In this document: one piece after another, positions 14,421 through 26,400 of the stretch | Layout of the letters: every line of letters starts with the position of its first letter | Position numbering within the stretch: position 1 is the stretch's first letter | DNA from: the human T2T-CHM13v2.0 reference genome, Homo sapiens | Length of the DNA: 64,000 nt | Assembly: GCA_009914755.4 (NCBI GenBank) | Contig: CP068257.2 | Location: 25,792,001-25,856,000, forward strand | Direction of reading: 5' to 3' | Program-made: the position numbers and the translations under genes | The notes under the pieces: model-generated | Databases searched by the model: none | The model's input: only the letters and a program-made list of their open reading frames with translations | What the model was told of the DNA's origin: nothing

Positions 14421-17400
14421 TTTAACTCAATGCTTTATTTTCCTTCCCTTTATCTGGTCTATATTGAAACGACTCCAGTTATCTTCATAAGTTTCAATAC
14501 CTGTAAACCACAAAGTAAAGTCCATCTATATCCCAGATGACTCCTTAAAGCTTAGACAATACTGCAAATGCATACATGGAAACATTTAAGATATGCATGC
14601 AAAGAAATATGGAGATAACACAGCTCCATCTGAATTGAGTCCAGCCATCAACAAATATCTTGCCAACCATTCTCAAGAATTTAGAAAGATATTTGTCTTA
14701 AAGTAATGGTCTTATAATGACCATTTGAGTAATTTTTTTCAAAGCAGAGAGTTGCTGCAAGATAAATGTCACCAACAGTAGAAACACAATATTAGTAACT
14801 TTCAAGTGATAGCTCTTTCAGTGAAATAATAACTTTAAAGCACCGTTCTCCCCCTCACAGTTGGAAAATCCAACTCTTCTCAGCTCACAATACATCTGAC
14901 AGCCCCAGTTTCTCCTAAATCCCATCCCATAAATCTCAATGATAACATCAGCCTGGGTGCCTTAGCCTGAGTCCAGCTTCAGACTCTGAGTAACTTGGAA
15001 ACATTATGGGAGTAGACACATGTCTACTTCATTCCCCACTGTATACCCAGCCCCTAGAACAATGCCTGAATGCAGTCAGGGCTCAGAAATCACAAAGACT
15101 TCTTACCTTACTCATTCTTCTCAGCGGCTCTGGAGATATCTTACCTCTTCTTCCAACCAGAACTTCTTTGGTGAGCAATAACCCACTAACCCAGAAGCTT
15201 GAGGGTAAAACAGAGCTAATACTGCTGGAAATCAAGTCCAGAACTTTGATAGCAGTGGCTTTATTAGTGTAAGTGCCATAACATGCTACTCTATGTGTGT
15301 GAGTGGGCAAGAGACAAGCAATGAGGAGGCTGCATATCTTGTGCCTTGGGGTTGTGCCTATTAATTTCTGAGGTTCACCTTGTTATCCTAATCTTAAAAG
15401 GATATGGCATTTCAAATTTGAGCAAAGACCCAAGGATAAGAGCTCACAACCTTTTGCCATTAGGAATAATGACGTGGAAAGGATGAACAATATAAACCAA
15501 TATGTTTGAAACATGTCCTCCTGTTTTTTATTATAAACTATTTTAAATGCTGACAAATTCATTTTTTATACAGCTATAGCATCTTAATGTTAGCTAATTT
15601 TACTATTTAGTAAATCTTCCATTCATTCCATCTCCTAGCCTCCAGTCACCCTTCATCCTGGGAGTGAAGGTCAGAGAATAGCAAGGAGGAACAACTAATT
15701 TAGAGGAAACCCTTAGACATTTCCTATGTAACCATTCAATTAGCAAAGAAACGCCAGCTTTAACGTCATCATTTGTGCCTTGACCCAGTGACTGCCCATT
15801 AAACAGAGGAAGGGCAAAGCCTATCAGTAGCTTAGCAACCAGCACATTTTCCTTCCCACTTAAGGTGAGCCTCTATTCAGCAGCAATTCCGGCCCAATTG
15901 ACGTTCATCTGGCTGAGTAGTTTCCTTCCCCTACTGAAATAGGAAGATCCTACAATTATGTGCTTCCCCACGGTCGAGATGTCAGGGATTAGACTCATAA
16001 AAGGCAAATCTTAGCCAATTGGATGAATATCAAGAATAGAGTACAATTCCCAAATTAGAGAGTCTATAAAATACCGTCTATTTACCACCTTTTTTTACCC
16101 TCCGTGATCTTATAGCCTATTTGCCTCTTTTTCTAGATTGCCTTACTTAATTCTCTGGCGGGAATGAGGCAGATAGATAAAAGAAAAGCAATTGATATGC
16201 ATGAATTTAATCTCACAAACGGAGTATTTTGTTTATCAAAGCAGAAAAGATACCCTTAGGGATAACTTTATTCACAATACCATGAGTAAAGTAAATTTCA
16301 AGACAACATTTGAGGGTAAATAAACTATTCTAAAAGGTCTGTCAAGAACCATTATCCTTGAAAATGTTAGCAATAAATAACATAGGTTTCAAGGAAGTTC
16401 TACAATAGGGTAAAGCAAATATGTTAAACTAATTTTCATTTTGGTAAAGAAATAATATTTTGAGAAATATTAATGTAACTTGGGTTTGAAAAATGCTGTA
16501 TCAAATGTGAGATTTTTTTAATCTCATGGACAGTAAAATGCTATTCTCTGAAACAGATGAAAATATGCTTTTTTATTAAATAATATATTTCAAACGTAAC
16601 ATATTTATTATGAAATTGTGCTATGATCTTAAATATATTCTAAATTTAGGTAAATTAAAAATTATTCTAGTAATTGGACAAACTATTTCTGTCGAATTGT
16701 GATTTGTGTGCATGCAAATGGAGATAAATTTGACTAAACTCCATAATGTAACATTGTCAATTTTTTCTAAAACGTGTAACCTCTTCAGGTTCTGAGTCTA
16801 GGAACTAGGCAATTGCCTCTTTGCTTACAAATAAAATATTTGGGATATGTAAACAGTGGTTAACTGTCACTTGTGAATTATTATTGTTCAAATGGTAGGC
16901 TCTTAGGAGTAACTTCAAAATTATTTTAACAATATATTTTTCATCAAAAATATGTCTTTAATGTTGATGTTTCATTCTTTATTACTACAGAAATGGTACC
17001 TTAGTTTATTAAAGTTTTTCTACCACATGAAGCATACACAGTATTTAGTATATGGTCAGATGGTTTAACCTCAATTTCTGGTTGTTTTCTGTTAAGAACT
17101 GAAAGAATAGGAGTAAACCATGTGAAACAGGAAAAGAGGTCAAAGTTGGTCATAACTTTAAACAGCTGGGGCTCAATCGTTGGCCACCTTAAAGTTGCAT
17201 GAGGGAGGGAAAACATGGGCTTTCCTTCACTGGCTTTAATCCTCCCGTGGTCAAGGGTATCCCCAAGAGATGTTAGCTTTTCTACATTACGAGGTTTTTT
17301 TTAAGCCTCACCTGTACCAGGCAGATCCCTTTCAGAAAAGCCTGAGAAAAATGCTAAGAGATTCTTGGCAGAGCTGAAGCAAGATGCTGTCAGGTTCAGC

Positions 17401-18211
17401 TCTGTGAAGCTGATTGTACAGCTGGAGTAGAGGTGAGCTGAGAGGACTTCACAGTAAATATAAGAGGTGTCCTATGGGGTGCATCTTTGCTCAGATATCC
17501 CCCTAACGAGCTCCATTAAGTCAAATTCATGAGAGAAACTTCAAGGATGCGGACCAGTTGTAATCTGTTCTAAAGCCTTCACACTGAAGAATTAGTGAAG
17601 TAAGTTCCAGTCTCCTGTACAGCCACTGGTACTGATCATTGTTTTCATTGCCTCTTCTCTCCACTTTTCCTTCTATATCTCCCTCACCTTTGAACAGCAC
17701 TGTGGGATGCATAGGTTGTTTGCTTAGTCAGATAATATCAGTCTTCATCCTCAAAGGATCTAAGGTCTTAGTTGCTTTATATTCGCAAAGCTGTGGTTGC
17801 TGCAATTGTATTCTTACAACTAGTGCTGAGAATACAAGCACCATGAAATGAATGCCCTACTTAATGCCTCATGTTCAGAAAGTAGACCTTCTTACCCTCC
17901 TTAGTAGCAGCAACCTCAGCTCCTATATTCAAGCTGAATTACCCCTCAACAGTATAATAACTCTTCGTTTTGTCTGCTCATTTGCTACAAAAGCACAAAG
18001 TAACTACGTTTTACTTTCTGGTTGAGTGGTTCCTCTTCTGTACGAAACAGGTGCTCCTAAGCAGGACAAATTGTTCTTTTTATACTTACCAGTGTTGCCA
18101 GGCTATGGTCCTCTGTTATTCAATCAAAGACTAATCTAGGTGTTTCTGGGAAGGTATTTTATAGAGATGATTAAAATACATAATTAGCTGACTATAACTG
18201 AGGGAGTTTCC

Positions 18212-18512
18212 CTAGATCATCTGAGTAGGCCTGATTTAATAGTTGAAAGGTCTTCAGAGCAGAGCTGAAGTATCTCTGGAGAATAAGAGATTCTGCATGA
18301 CGACAGCAGCTTCAGACTGTGCCCAAAACTTGTAGCCTGCCTTTCCTGATGGCCTGCCCTACACATTTTGGACTTTCGGACTTGCCTGACTGTATCTTAT
18401 AATCACACAACATGCAGGCCAATTCCTTGAAAAAAAAAAAAAAATCCCTCCTTAACCCCTGTAGGTACTGCTTCTCCTACTAGATCTGTTTCTTTGATTG
18501 AATCATCCCGAC
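18212..18512 (+). mobile_element. Fragment (3' half) of the same MaLR/ERVL-related LTR family as copies A-C, in the opposite orientation, with an internal A15 run
   Basis: GGCCTGCCCTACACATTTTGGACTTTCGGACTTGCCTGACTGTATCTTATAATCACACAACATGCAGGCCAATTCCTTGAAAAAAA...TAGATCTGTTTCTTTGATTGAATCATCCCGAC corresponds to the reverse complement of the 5' TGTATTAGTCAGGGTTCTCCAGAGAAACAGAACC... end seen in copies A-C. Confidence 0.45.
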
Positions 18513-19237
18513 CCAGTAGGTTCTGTCTCTTTCTGTCTCTAAGTTACCTATTGCCTGGCACATTGTTTTAAAGTAACAAGCTTGGGCAAATTAGTGATTT
18601 GTCACAATTTGTACTTACAGCTCTTTTATATGCCCTCTAAACACTATCAACTTTAATTTCTTTTTATACCACATCTTTTGTTCTATAACAAATTTCCATA
18701 AATTCTTGCTGAGATATTAGTTGGACATGTAACAGACAACAGATAGGATGTTAACTAAAAGAATGTCAATGTCACCAAGAAACTGAACAAGAGCCAAGTT
18801 TCTAAGGAATGCAAACAACATGGGCAGATGACAAGTGACGGGTCTAATATTTTTATATTAGCCATTATTTTTGCACAGACTCAATAAAGAATTAATTAAA
18901 TACCCCTTTGGAACCAGGGCCATTTCAGTGAGTTACAGCACTTGAAACTAAAATTGAACATTTTAAAATGAACATGTCCCATGAGGTAAACATTCTCTAC
19001 TGAAATATGGTCAGCTACTATGAAAACCTAATGATTTATCTTTTGAGACCCATAATTAAATAATAAGTCTCAAACCAATAGTATTGAGATAAACAAATAT
19101 TTATAAATTCTGGGTCATTGAATGATAGAAGACATAGTATCTTAAATTTAGCTGACTGATTTAACGTGATCAAGCCATTTGTAAGTGGATACCAATATTA
19201 ATGAATATCTTTTATTAAACCCTAATACTACTTTTGT

Positions 19238-19350
19238 TTATTTAATATATATATTTCTTAAGTATATGTAGCTGTTTATTTTATATATATATTTATTAAG
19301 TATATGTAGCTATACATTTAATATATATACATATACTTTAATATATATAA
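19238..19350. repeat. AT-rich minisatellite-like tandem repeat (unit of about 40 bp, roughly 2.5 copies)
   Basis: TTTAATATATATATTTCTTAAGTATATGTAGCTGTTTATT then TTATATATATATTTATTAAGTATATGTAGCTATACATTT then AATATATATACATATACTTTAATATATA. Confidence 0.75.
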
Positions 19351-20515
19351 TTTAGAAATCATATCTTTATATCTATACCTATATCTCCCATGAAGTTGAA
19401 TTAATCTCAGAAAACTGAGGCAACATCTGTATTTGTCAGTATGAATTCCTGTATGCTACAGTAACAAACAGTTCCCCGTATATCAGGCAGAAGTTAGTAT
19501 TTTGCTCATGCCACATACCCCATGCGCATTAGCAGCTGCCTCTGCTCACACAGGGCACACATTAGCAGCTCCAGTCTGCTTGATGGAGGCTCTACCACCT
19601 CAATCACAAGGTTTCATGGTTGTGTGCTGCCTCATAGCTCATCATCTTGTAACTATACCATCTTCAACATGTGGCCTTGATGTAAGCTCAGTAAGCTAAG
19701 AGAGAAAATGGAGAATTGTGTATAAACTTTTTATTACTTCACCTCCAGTGTGGATCATACTACTCTTGCTTACATTTCATTAGCTAGGAATAATTATGTG
19801 AACCCAACCAAGGTGACTGGAAAACACACAGAACAGTAAGTAACCAGAGTGCTTGTTGAGTACCCTTTCTTCATTACAGTCCTCTCTTACAGTCTGCAAT
19901 GTACTTCCTTTTCTCTCATCTTCTTACATAAAGACTCACTCAACTTCTCCCAAAGAGGTACACCCAAAAGTCTCATGCACTCTTTATTTTCTACTCAAAA
20001 GATCTCCAGAGATGTGTGGCATATTAATTAATAAATAAAAATATGTAGTCAAAGAGGCAAAATAACTTATTATATTATTTTGATGTCTGTCAGAAGGTAG
20101 AAAATATAATAACAGCTATTAGAATCCAAGATATGTTACAAATACATGAAAGTATTTATAGATTTATACAGGTTACAATGAGTAATTTCCAAGTCTGACA
20201 ATTGTGTTAATTCCAAGATTTGAAGTATCATTCTTTAAAAAGTTATGGTTAATGAAGAGTGAAATACATCAATAATTCTGGGACATAGGAACAAAATATT
20301 AACATAGGAAGAGAGAAAAGAAACAATTTGGTATAAATAAGCAGTCACTCTAAGTTTCTTAGGACTTACTATTTGATGACTAGGGGCTAAGATGATATGT
20401 ACACTTATTTACTTAATTTAATTTTCCTTTCTTCCACCACTTGTTGACCTATTATAAATATAGAATTCCTAGCACATTAAGGTACTATGTGATATTTTTG
20501 TGTTTTTTCTTTGTC

Positions 20516-21084
20516 TGTATTAGTCACAATTCTCCAGAGAGATCGAACATAGGATATATATAAATAGATATATGAAAGGAGATTTATTAGGGAGAAATTG
20601 AATCACACAATTACAGAGACTGAGAATTTACTCATATAATTATGGAAGCTAAGAAATTCCATAATAGGCAGTCTGCAAGCTGTAGTACCAGGGAAGCCGT
20701 TAGTATGGCTTAGTCCAAGATGGAAGGCTTGAGAACTCTTAGTTTGAAAGCAATGGCCCAAGAGCCCCGGGGACCACTGGTGCCAGGCCTGGGGTCCAAA
20801 AGTCAGAGAACTTGAAGTTCTGATTTCTAAAGGCAGAAGAGTGTTCAGGCTCTGGAGAGAAATAATTTCTCCTTCCCCTGCATTTTTTGTTTTTTAACAT
20901 CCATGCCCCTTACCAATTGGATGGTGCCACCTACATTGAGGGTGAATCTTCCCCATTAAGTCCACAAACTCAAATGCAAATCCCCTCTAGAAACACCCTC
21001 ACAGACACAACCAGAAATAATTATTTACCAGTCATTTGGGATCCCTCAACACAGTCAAGTTGACACCTACAATTAATCATCACA
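20516..21084 (-). mobile_element. MaLR/ERVL-related LTR-type repeat, copy C (same family as A and B)
   Basis: TGTATTAGTCACAATTCTCCAGAGAGATCGAACATAGG then (TATA-rich simple repeat) then GAGATTTATTAGGGAG...CAATTGGATGGTGCCACCTACATTGAGGGTG...CAAATGCAAATCCCCTCTAGAAACACCCTCACAGACACAACCAGAAATAATTATTTACC...GTCAAGTTGACACCTACAATTAATCATCACA. Confidence 0.65.
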
Positions 21085-22430
21085 GTATCTCAACAGTTGA
21101 AATGGAATAGAAGGCTAAGTTAACAATTGTTTCCTATACACTTTGCTTGACAAAATACATGAGCTGTTCAACAGTCATCTTTGCCTTTGGGGTTCCTTTA
21201 CAATAGAAGATGGAGGAAGAATAGCAGGATACGTAGTGAGTAATATTTAAATTAGTGAAATAAATACAATTAATATTGAATCATCTTGCTATTCTCGTAG
21301 ACCCCAATTGGAAACAGTGCAATGTAATAAAAAGTGCACATAACTCAGCTGCTTTAATTTCTACTTTAGAATGAAAAAGCATTAATCTGTCAACAAACAG
21401 AAATCATCAACTCAAACTATTGAAGATAATGCAAATGCAAGACACATTAATATTTTCAAAGTATTAAAAACCAGTGAATAAAAGAAAGTATATATAAAAA
21501 TTGTATGCATTTCTCAATCAAAATTAAACATATTTGTTGATTATCATCATGAATAAATATGAGGGCTACAAACAAATTTACTGTGTGGAAGTACCTTTGA
21601 AACATCATTTAAGTAGAATTAAAATTTGCTAAATACTAAATTTGAATGTATTATTTTGTCTGGAAGTTACATGGAAATTCCTTAGCATACTTATCATTTC
21701 TATCTCTTATAAAAGTAAATTTACTTAATATAGTCTGTGCTCCCATTGTAGACATCAGTCTCTTATTAGGTATATGGGACTAAAGTTTAGACCATGTCCT
21801 GTGGGACCCAGTTAACTCTCTCCAATCCCAGCTCATGTTATTATCCTTCTTACACATGATGTGACAAATGAATGCCAGTGGCTACAAGGGCAGGTGAATA
21901 AAACTAACATTCCAAGATAGAATTAAGCCTCAGGTTGAAATTCTCTATGAAGTAAATGCTGTTTATTTGGTTTCTGTCCCCTGTGGCACCAAAATTTTAA
22001 ATTTAGCCATTTGGTAGAACTAGGGTAGTTTCTATATGATGTTAACTTCAGAAAGTTAACTTGAGCAGGACTAAATGTTTCTTAACTTGGAAATTTATGG
22101 CCATGGTTAAACATCTGAGAAAGATTGATTCCCCCATTTGATTAAAATAAAAAACAAGTAAACAAAAATTTCTAGATAAATACATGTATGCATGTATACA
22201 CATATACCCACATATTACACATATATCTATATACATAGATATAGACATACAAATATAAAGACTAAATAAATTTCTTACACTGTGTTAGATCATCTTATCA
22301 TAAAGCCATAGAGTGTGGGGAAGAAAACAGTCTACATGTCTATGTATTTGGCTGGTGGAGATCCTCTTTTGCAGGTTTCATTTATTCCTGTTCAATAAAA
22401 TCTTGTCTGTAGTGTATGCTGGGATTACAT

Positions 22431-22721
22431 TTTTTCCCTCCCTCCCTCCCTTGCTTGCTTCCTCTCTCCATCCTTCCCTCTCCTCTTTCCTTCCTTCTTT
22501 CTCTCCCTTCTTTCTTTTTTCTTCCTCCTTCCCTCCTTTCTTCCTTCCCTCCCATTTTCTTATCTCCTTTTTCCTTTTCTTCCCTTTTTCCTTTCCTTTC
22601 CTTTTTTCTTTCCTTCCTCTCCTGTCTTCCCTTCCTTTCCTTCCCTCCTTCCTTCCTCCCTTTCTTCCTTCTTCCTTCCCTCTCCCCCACCTTTCTTCCT
22701 TCTCTCTGTCTTTCTTTCTTC
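22431..22721. repeat. Polypyrimidine/polypurine tract, 291 bp, about 97% C+T on the plus strand (CT-, TCC- and CTTT-rich)
   Basis: Direct read. Only about 8 purines occur across the whole tract (for example the TTGCTTGCTT segment at 22451-22460). Confidence 0.95.
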
Positions 22722-22905
22722 AGACCCTGATCACTGAGATATAATCACTGCGTATGTATTTTTTCACAGAGTGGACCTTAAGTACCCATGTCTCACCAAC
22801 CTGAGCCCACAAGTTCTACCAAATCTGAAATAAGACAAATTTCTGCTCTTACTACTGCAGGCACTCTGAATTTTTCTTCTGCTCTGAATGGAGCTTTATG
22901 CTTGA

Positions 22906-23235
<330 letters not shown>

Positions 23236-23384
23236 AGGATATCTTATTAGTACAGCCACCCTACCTTCTCATATAAAGCATCATTAACTCAGGCCCTTGT
23301 TAGTTTCCTTCATATTACTTCTCAATTAATATTTATTTATTTGCTTCTGTGGTTATTGCCTATTTCATCCATTTGAATTTAACT

Positions 23385-23495
23385 TTCAAGCGGGCAGGGA
23401 TCTTTTCTGTTTTTGTACCATTTTTCCCAGCACCTAACACTGTGTGGCACACAATGGGAGTTCAATAAATCATCTGTTAATGAAGTGATTATTAT
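23385..23495 (+). mobile_element. MIR/L2 3'-end-like fragment
   Basis: GGGCAGGGATCTTTTCTGTTTTTGTACCATTTTTCCCAGCACCTAACACTGTGTGGCACACAATGGGAGTTCAATAAATCATCTGTTAATGAA, compared with the consensus ...GAGGGCAGGGATTTTGTCTGTTTTGTTCACTGCTGTATCCCCAGCGCCTAGAACAGTGCCTGGCACATAGTAGGTGCTCAATAAATATTTGTTGAATGAA. Confidence 0.45.
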
Positions 23496-26400
23496 AATTA
23501 TTGATGTAACTTTATGCAGGGCTTCTTGGTGAGCTGACCCACTTAGTGAGATGGCCTCGTTCATAAGTCATGCCTGATATTCTGTGGGATGATTGTAAGT
23601 TGTAAATCACAGGAGAGTTTTCAGCGGGGCAGGGTTTTTGGAACACGGTATTAGTTACTGGTGGCCTCCAGTAGAGGTGGGTGTAACCCTAGGAAACAAC
23701 CATTACTCAAAGGCAGTTTTCTGAAATCAAAATGCATTGGATACCATTCTCAGCACTCACAATGGTGGGACCAGCAAAGGGGATCTGGGAAGCGCAGCAA
23801 CAATTCTTATCACCATCCATTCAGCTGAATCAATAATGTGATTCTAAGAGCAATATTCTTTAACATATGTTCCTTAATCCAATATCTTCAGGGTACTTTT
23901 GAGTATGAGAACTTATGAAAGCTTTAACTAAACCAGATTGATAGGCATAACATAAAAAGAAATTAGTTTCTGACCTCTAATAGTAAAATTGAGCTTAGTT
24001 TTATTTCATTTGATAATAATTTCACAACCCATTTGGAGGAAAGATTCCTGTTCGTTAGTTAATAAATTAACTCTGAAGGCCTGAAAGTGTACCCAAGAAT
24101 GCTCAGATATTCTTCAGAAGTGATTTTTCTGTTGGAAACTTAGAATAGGATACTTGGAACACTCTAGTTTGGCTAATGGCAAGGGACCCACTTCTTTGAT
24201 GAAGTCATTCAGATCTGGATAGTGTCACCATGAAAAAAAATGATTCCTCCAATTTTTTACTATAAGGAAACCTATCCATTGGACATAATGTTCTCTTCTT
24301 TTGAAGGAACATAATTAAAATAGTGGAAAAGAAACTGCCACTTCAGAGTTGTTTAAAAATGATTTAACACTTTAATTTCTGTGTAAAATGTCTATGCTTA
24401 AAAAAAAAAAAATAAGGCCAGGGTAAGTGATGCAACTCTGTTGCTTTGGAGTCGGTGAGATGAGAGATTTGCCTTTCATCTATTTGGGAGCAAAAGATGA
24501 GCTGCCAAAATTAAACAATTTTTAATTTGTACTAAATATAAGAAAAGTCTATATTAACACATGTTAAATATAAGAAAAGTAACTTTTATTTCTCTTTTGG
24601 TAGACAAATTTTTATCAAGCACATCTACTGTTTTGATTAAATGTATCTGAAAACTCTCAAGTTATAGGTGCCACAGGAGAAAAAAATGACAAAATAATAT
24701 TGTTGCAAATACATTATGTAATTTTAGAAGATCAGAATCCTATACCTTCAGAAGTAGGAAGTAAATGTCAAGCAGCATAGTCATTCTACTAACCTCCTGG
24801 TATAGTACTTCCTATTGGTGGGTTAAACTTTCTTCTAGAGTAGCAAATTGTTATGCCTTTTGTTCTGAAGACCTCTTTATACTCCTGAAGAATGTAAAAC
24901 ACAAAAAATACACCAGCAACACATTCCAATATCAGCCCTAGTGATGATATCATCACATGTTGTCACCTCTGAGAAGTCCAGCATACACTTGAAAGAGGAT
25001 GAAAATAAAAAGACAAATAATGCCTTAGTATTACTCAGAAAATAAGTTATGTTCCCACAGACCCATTGAAAGAGCTACAGGTATTCTAGTGCCATATTCA
25101 TTTTATAAAGAAAATCTAAGGGATTGACTAGAAGATGGGAATTGACAGTTGTTCAATATTACATTCTTTTGCACTCAGTATAACAATATTGTAATTATTA
25201 CAGAAGAAGCTGAGGTGCATTAGTTGGCAAATAATCTAAACATAATTTAACACATTGTTATATTAAATGTATTCATTTGCCTAATCCCAATCCTCATATA
25301 TTATATATTTTTCTTGCTTAATTATTTCTTAATATGTTTATAGTAAAGCAAACAATTTAATCAAAGTCCACTTACTTAAATTAAAAAAAAATCTATTACG
25401 CTCTTTGAATACCTAATTTATATTTTTAATATGAAATGTGGATTCTGAGCAATCTGTTTAAATACATACTATTTAAAGCCCTAAATTAAAACATACATAC
25501 TACATTGAGTACATATCTGCTTGTACTATCAGGATAACTTTCTGTAAGGTGCGACTTTTCAAATGTTTACTGTACTAATCATACAATTAAATGGTTGCAA
25601 TTTAGTAGTTCTTGTAAAGAATTTGCATTCTAAATAATAATCTAATGACTCATATATGTGTTTCTAGCCTTAAAGACTCCTTTTTACAAGACAAATTGGA
25701 AAAAGACAATAAATTTCCTATCAAGATTTGTATCTCCAGATGGTCTAGATAATTACAGAAAAATTCAGAGACATTTTGAAATGTCTTTTTCTTAAGGAGA
25801 AGAGACAGATTTAATTTAGGACTAGGACTGAAAGTCTGAATTCAGACAATACTCATCCTTAGCCAGTATGTTACTCAGCAAATCCAGGTGATATGAAAGA
25901 AAGGGAAATTCATTTGGCAGAGAGTTCAAAGGATATTTATTTAAGCCACACCAAAAAAAAAAAAAAAAAGTAATAAATAGTTTCTAATGAAACTTGTCAT
26001 GAAAAGAAAGTTCCAACAAAAGTGTGAACAAATATATTCCTTTAAGTCCTAGTCACAGATTGTTACAGTTTAAATCTGAGTCACAACCAGGTATAGAAGA
26101 TGATAATTTGGAGGTCCAACAATTACCTACTTTTAAGGTTTTGGGGATTTTTTTTTTTTTTAGATAAAACCAATATCTATTTTAGAAATTATCTAAAAGA
26201 CTCTAAGGCTTTGATACATCTTTCCTGAGTATATCACTTTGAGTTTATAGAATATTTAATGTAGCTGAATCTTTAATGAAATGCGACACAATTATTTTGA
26301 AAAAAATTTGACACGTATTACTCCCGTATTAAATATGTAATGGACGTCAGTTAAGATCTAGCTAGAATCATATTGTTTTTAGAATTTACAAATCTCCTTG

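Noticed and set aside
9337-21084. Possibility that the three LTR copies mark a local segmental duplication
   Set aside because: Flanks on both sides of each copy are unrelated and the copies are mutually diverged. Independent ancient insertions are the simpler explanation.
22313-22744. The longest ORFs in the track (143 aa on plus, 104 aa on plus, 102 aa on minus), rich in S/L/P/F on the plus strand and K/E/R/G on the minus strand
   Set aside because: They are translations of the 291-bp polypyrimidine tract. They have low complexity, no start context and are not a protein.
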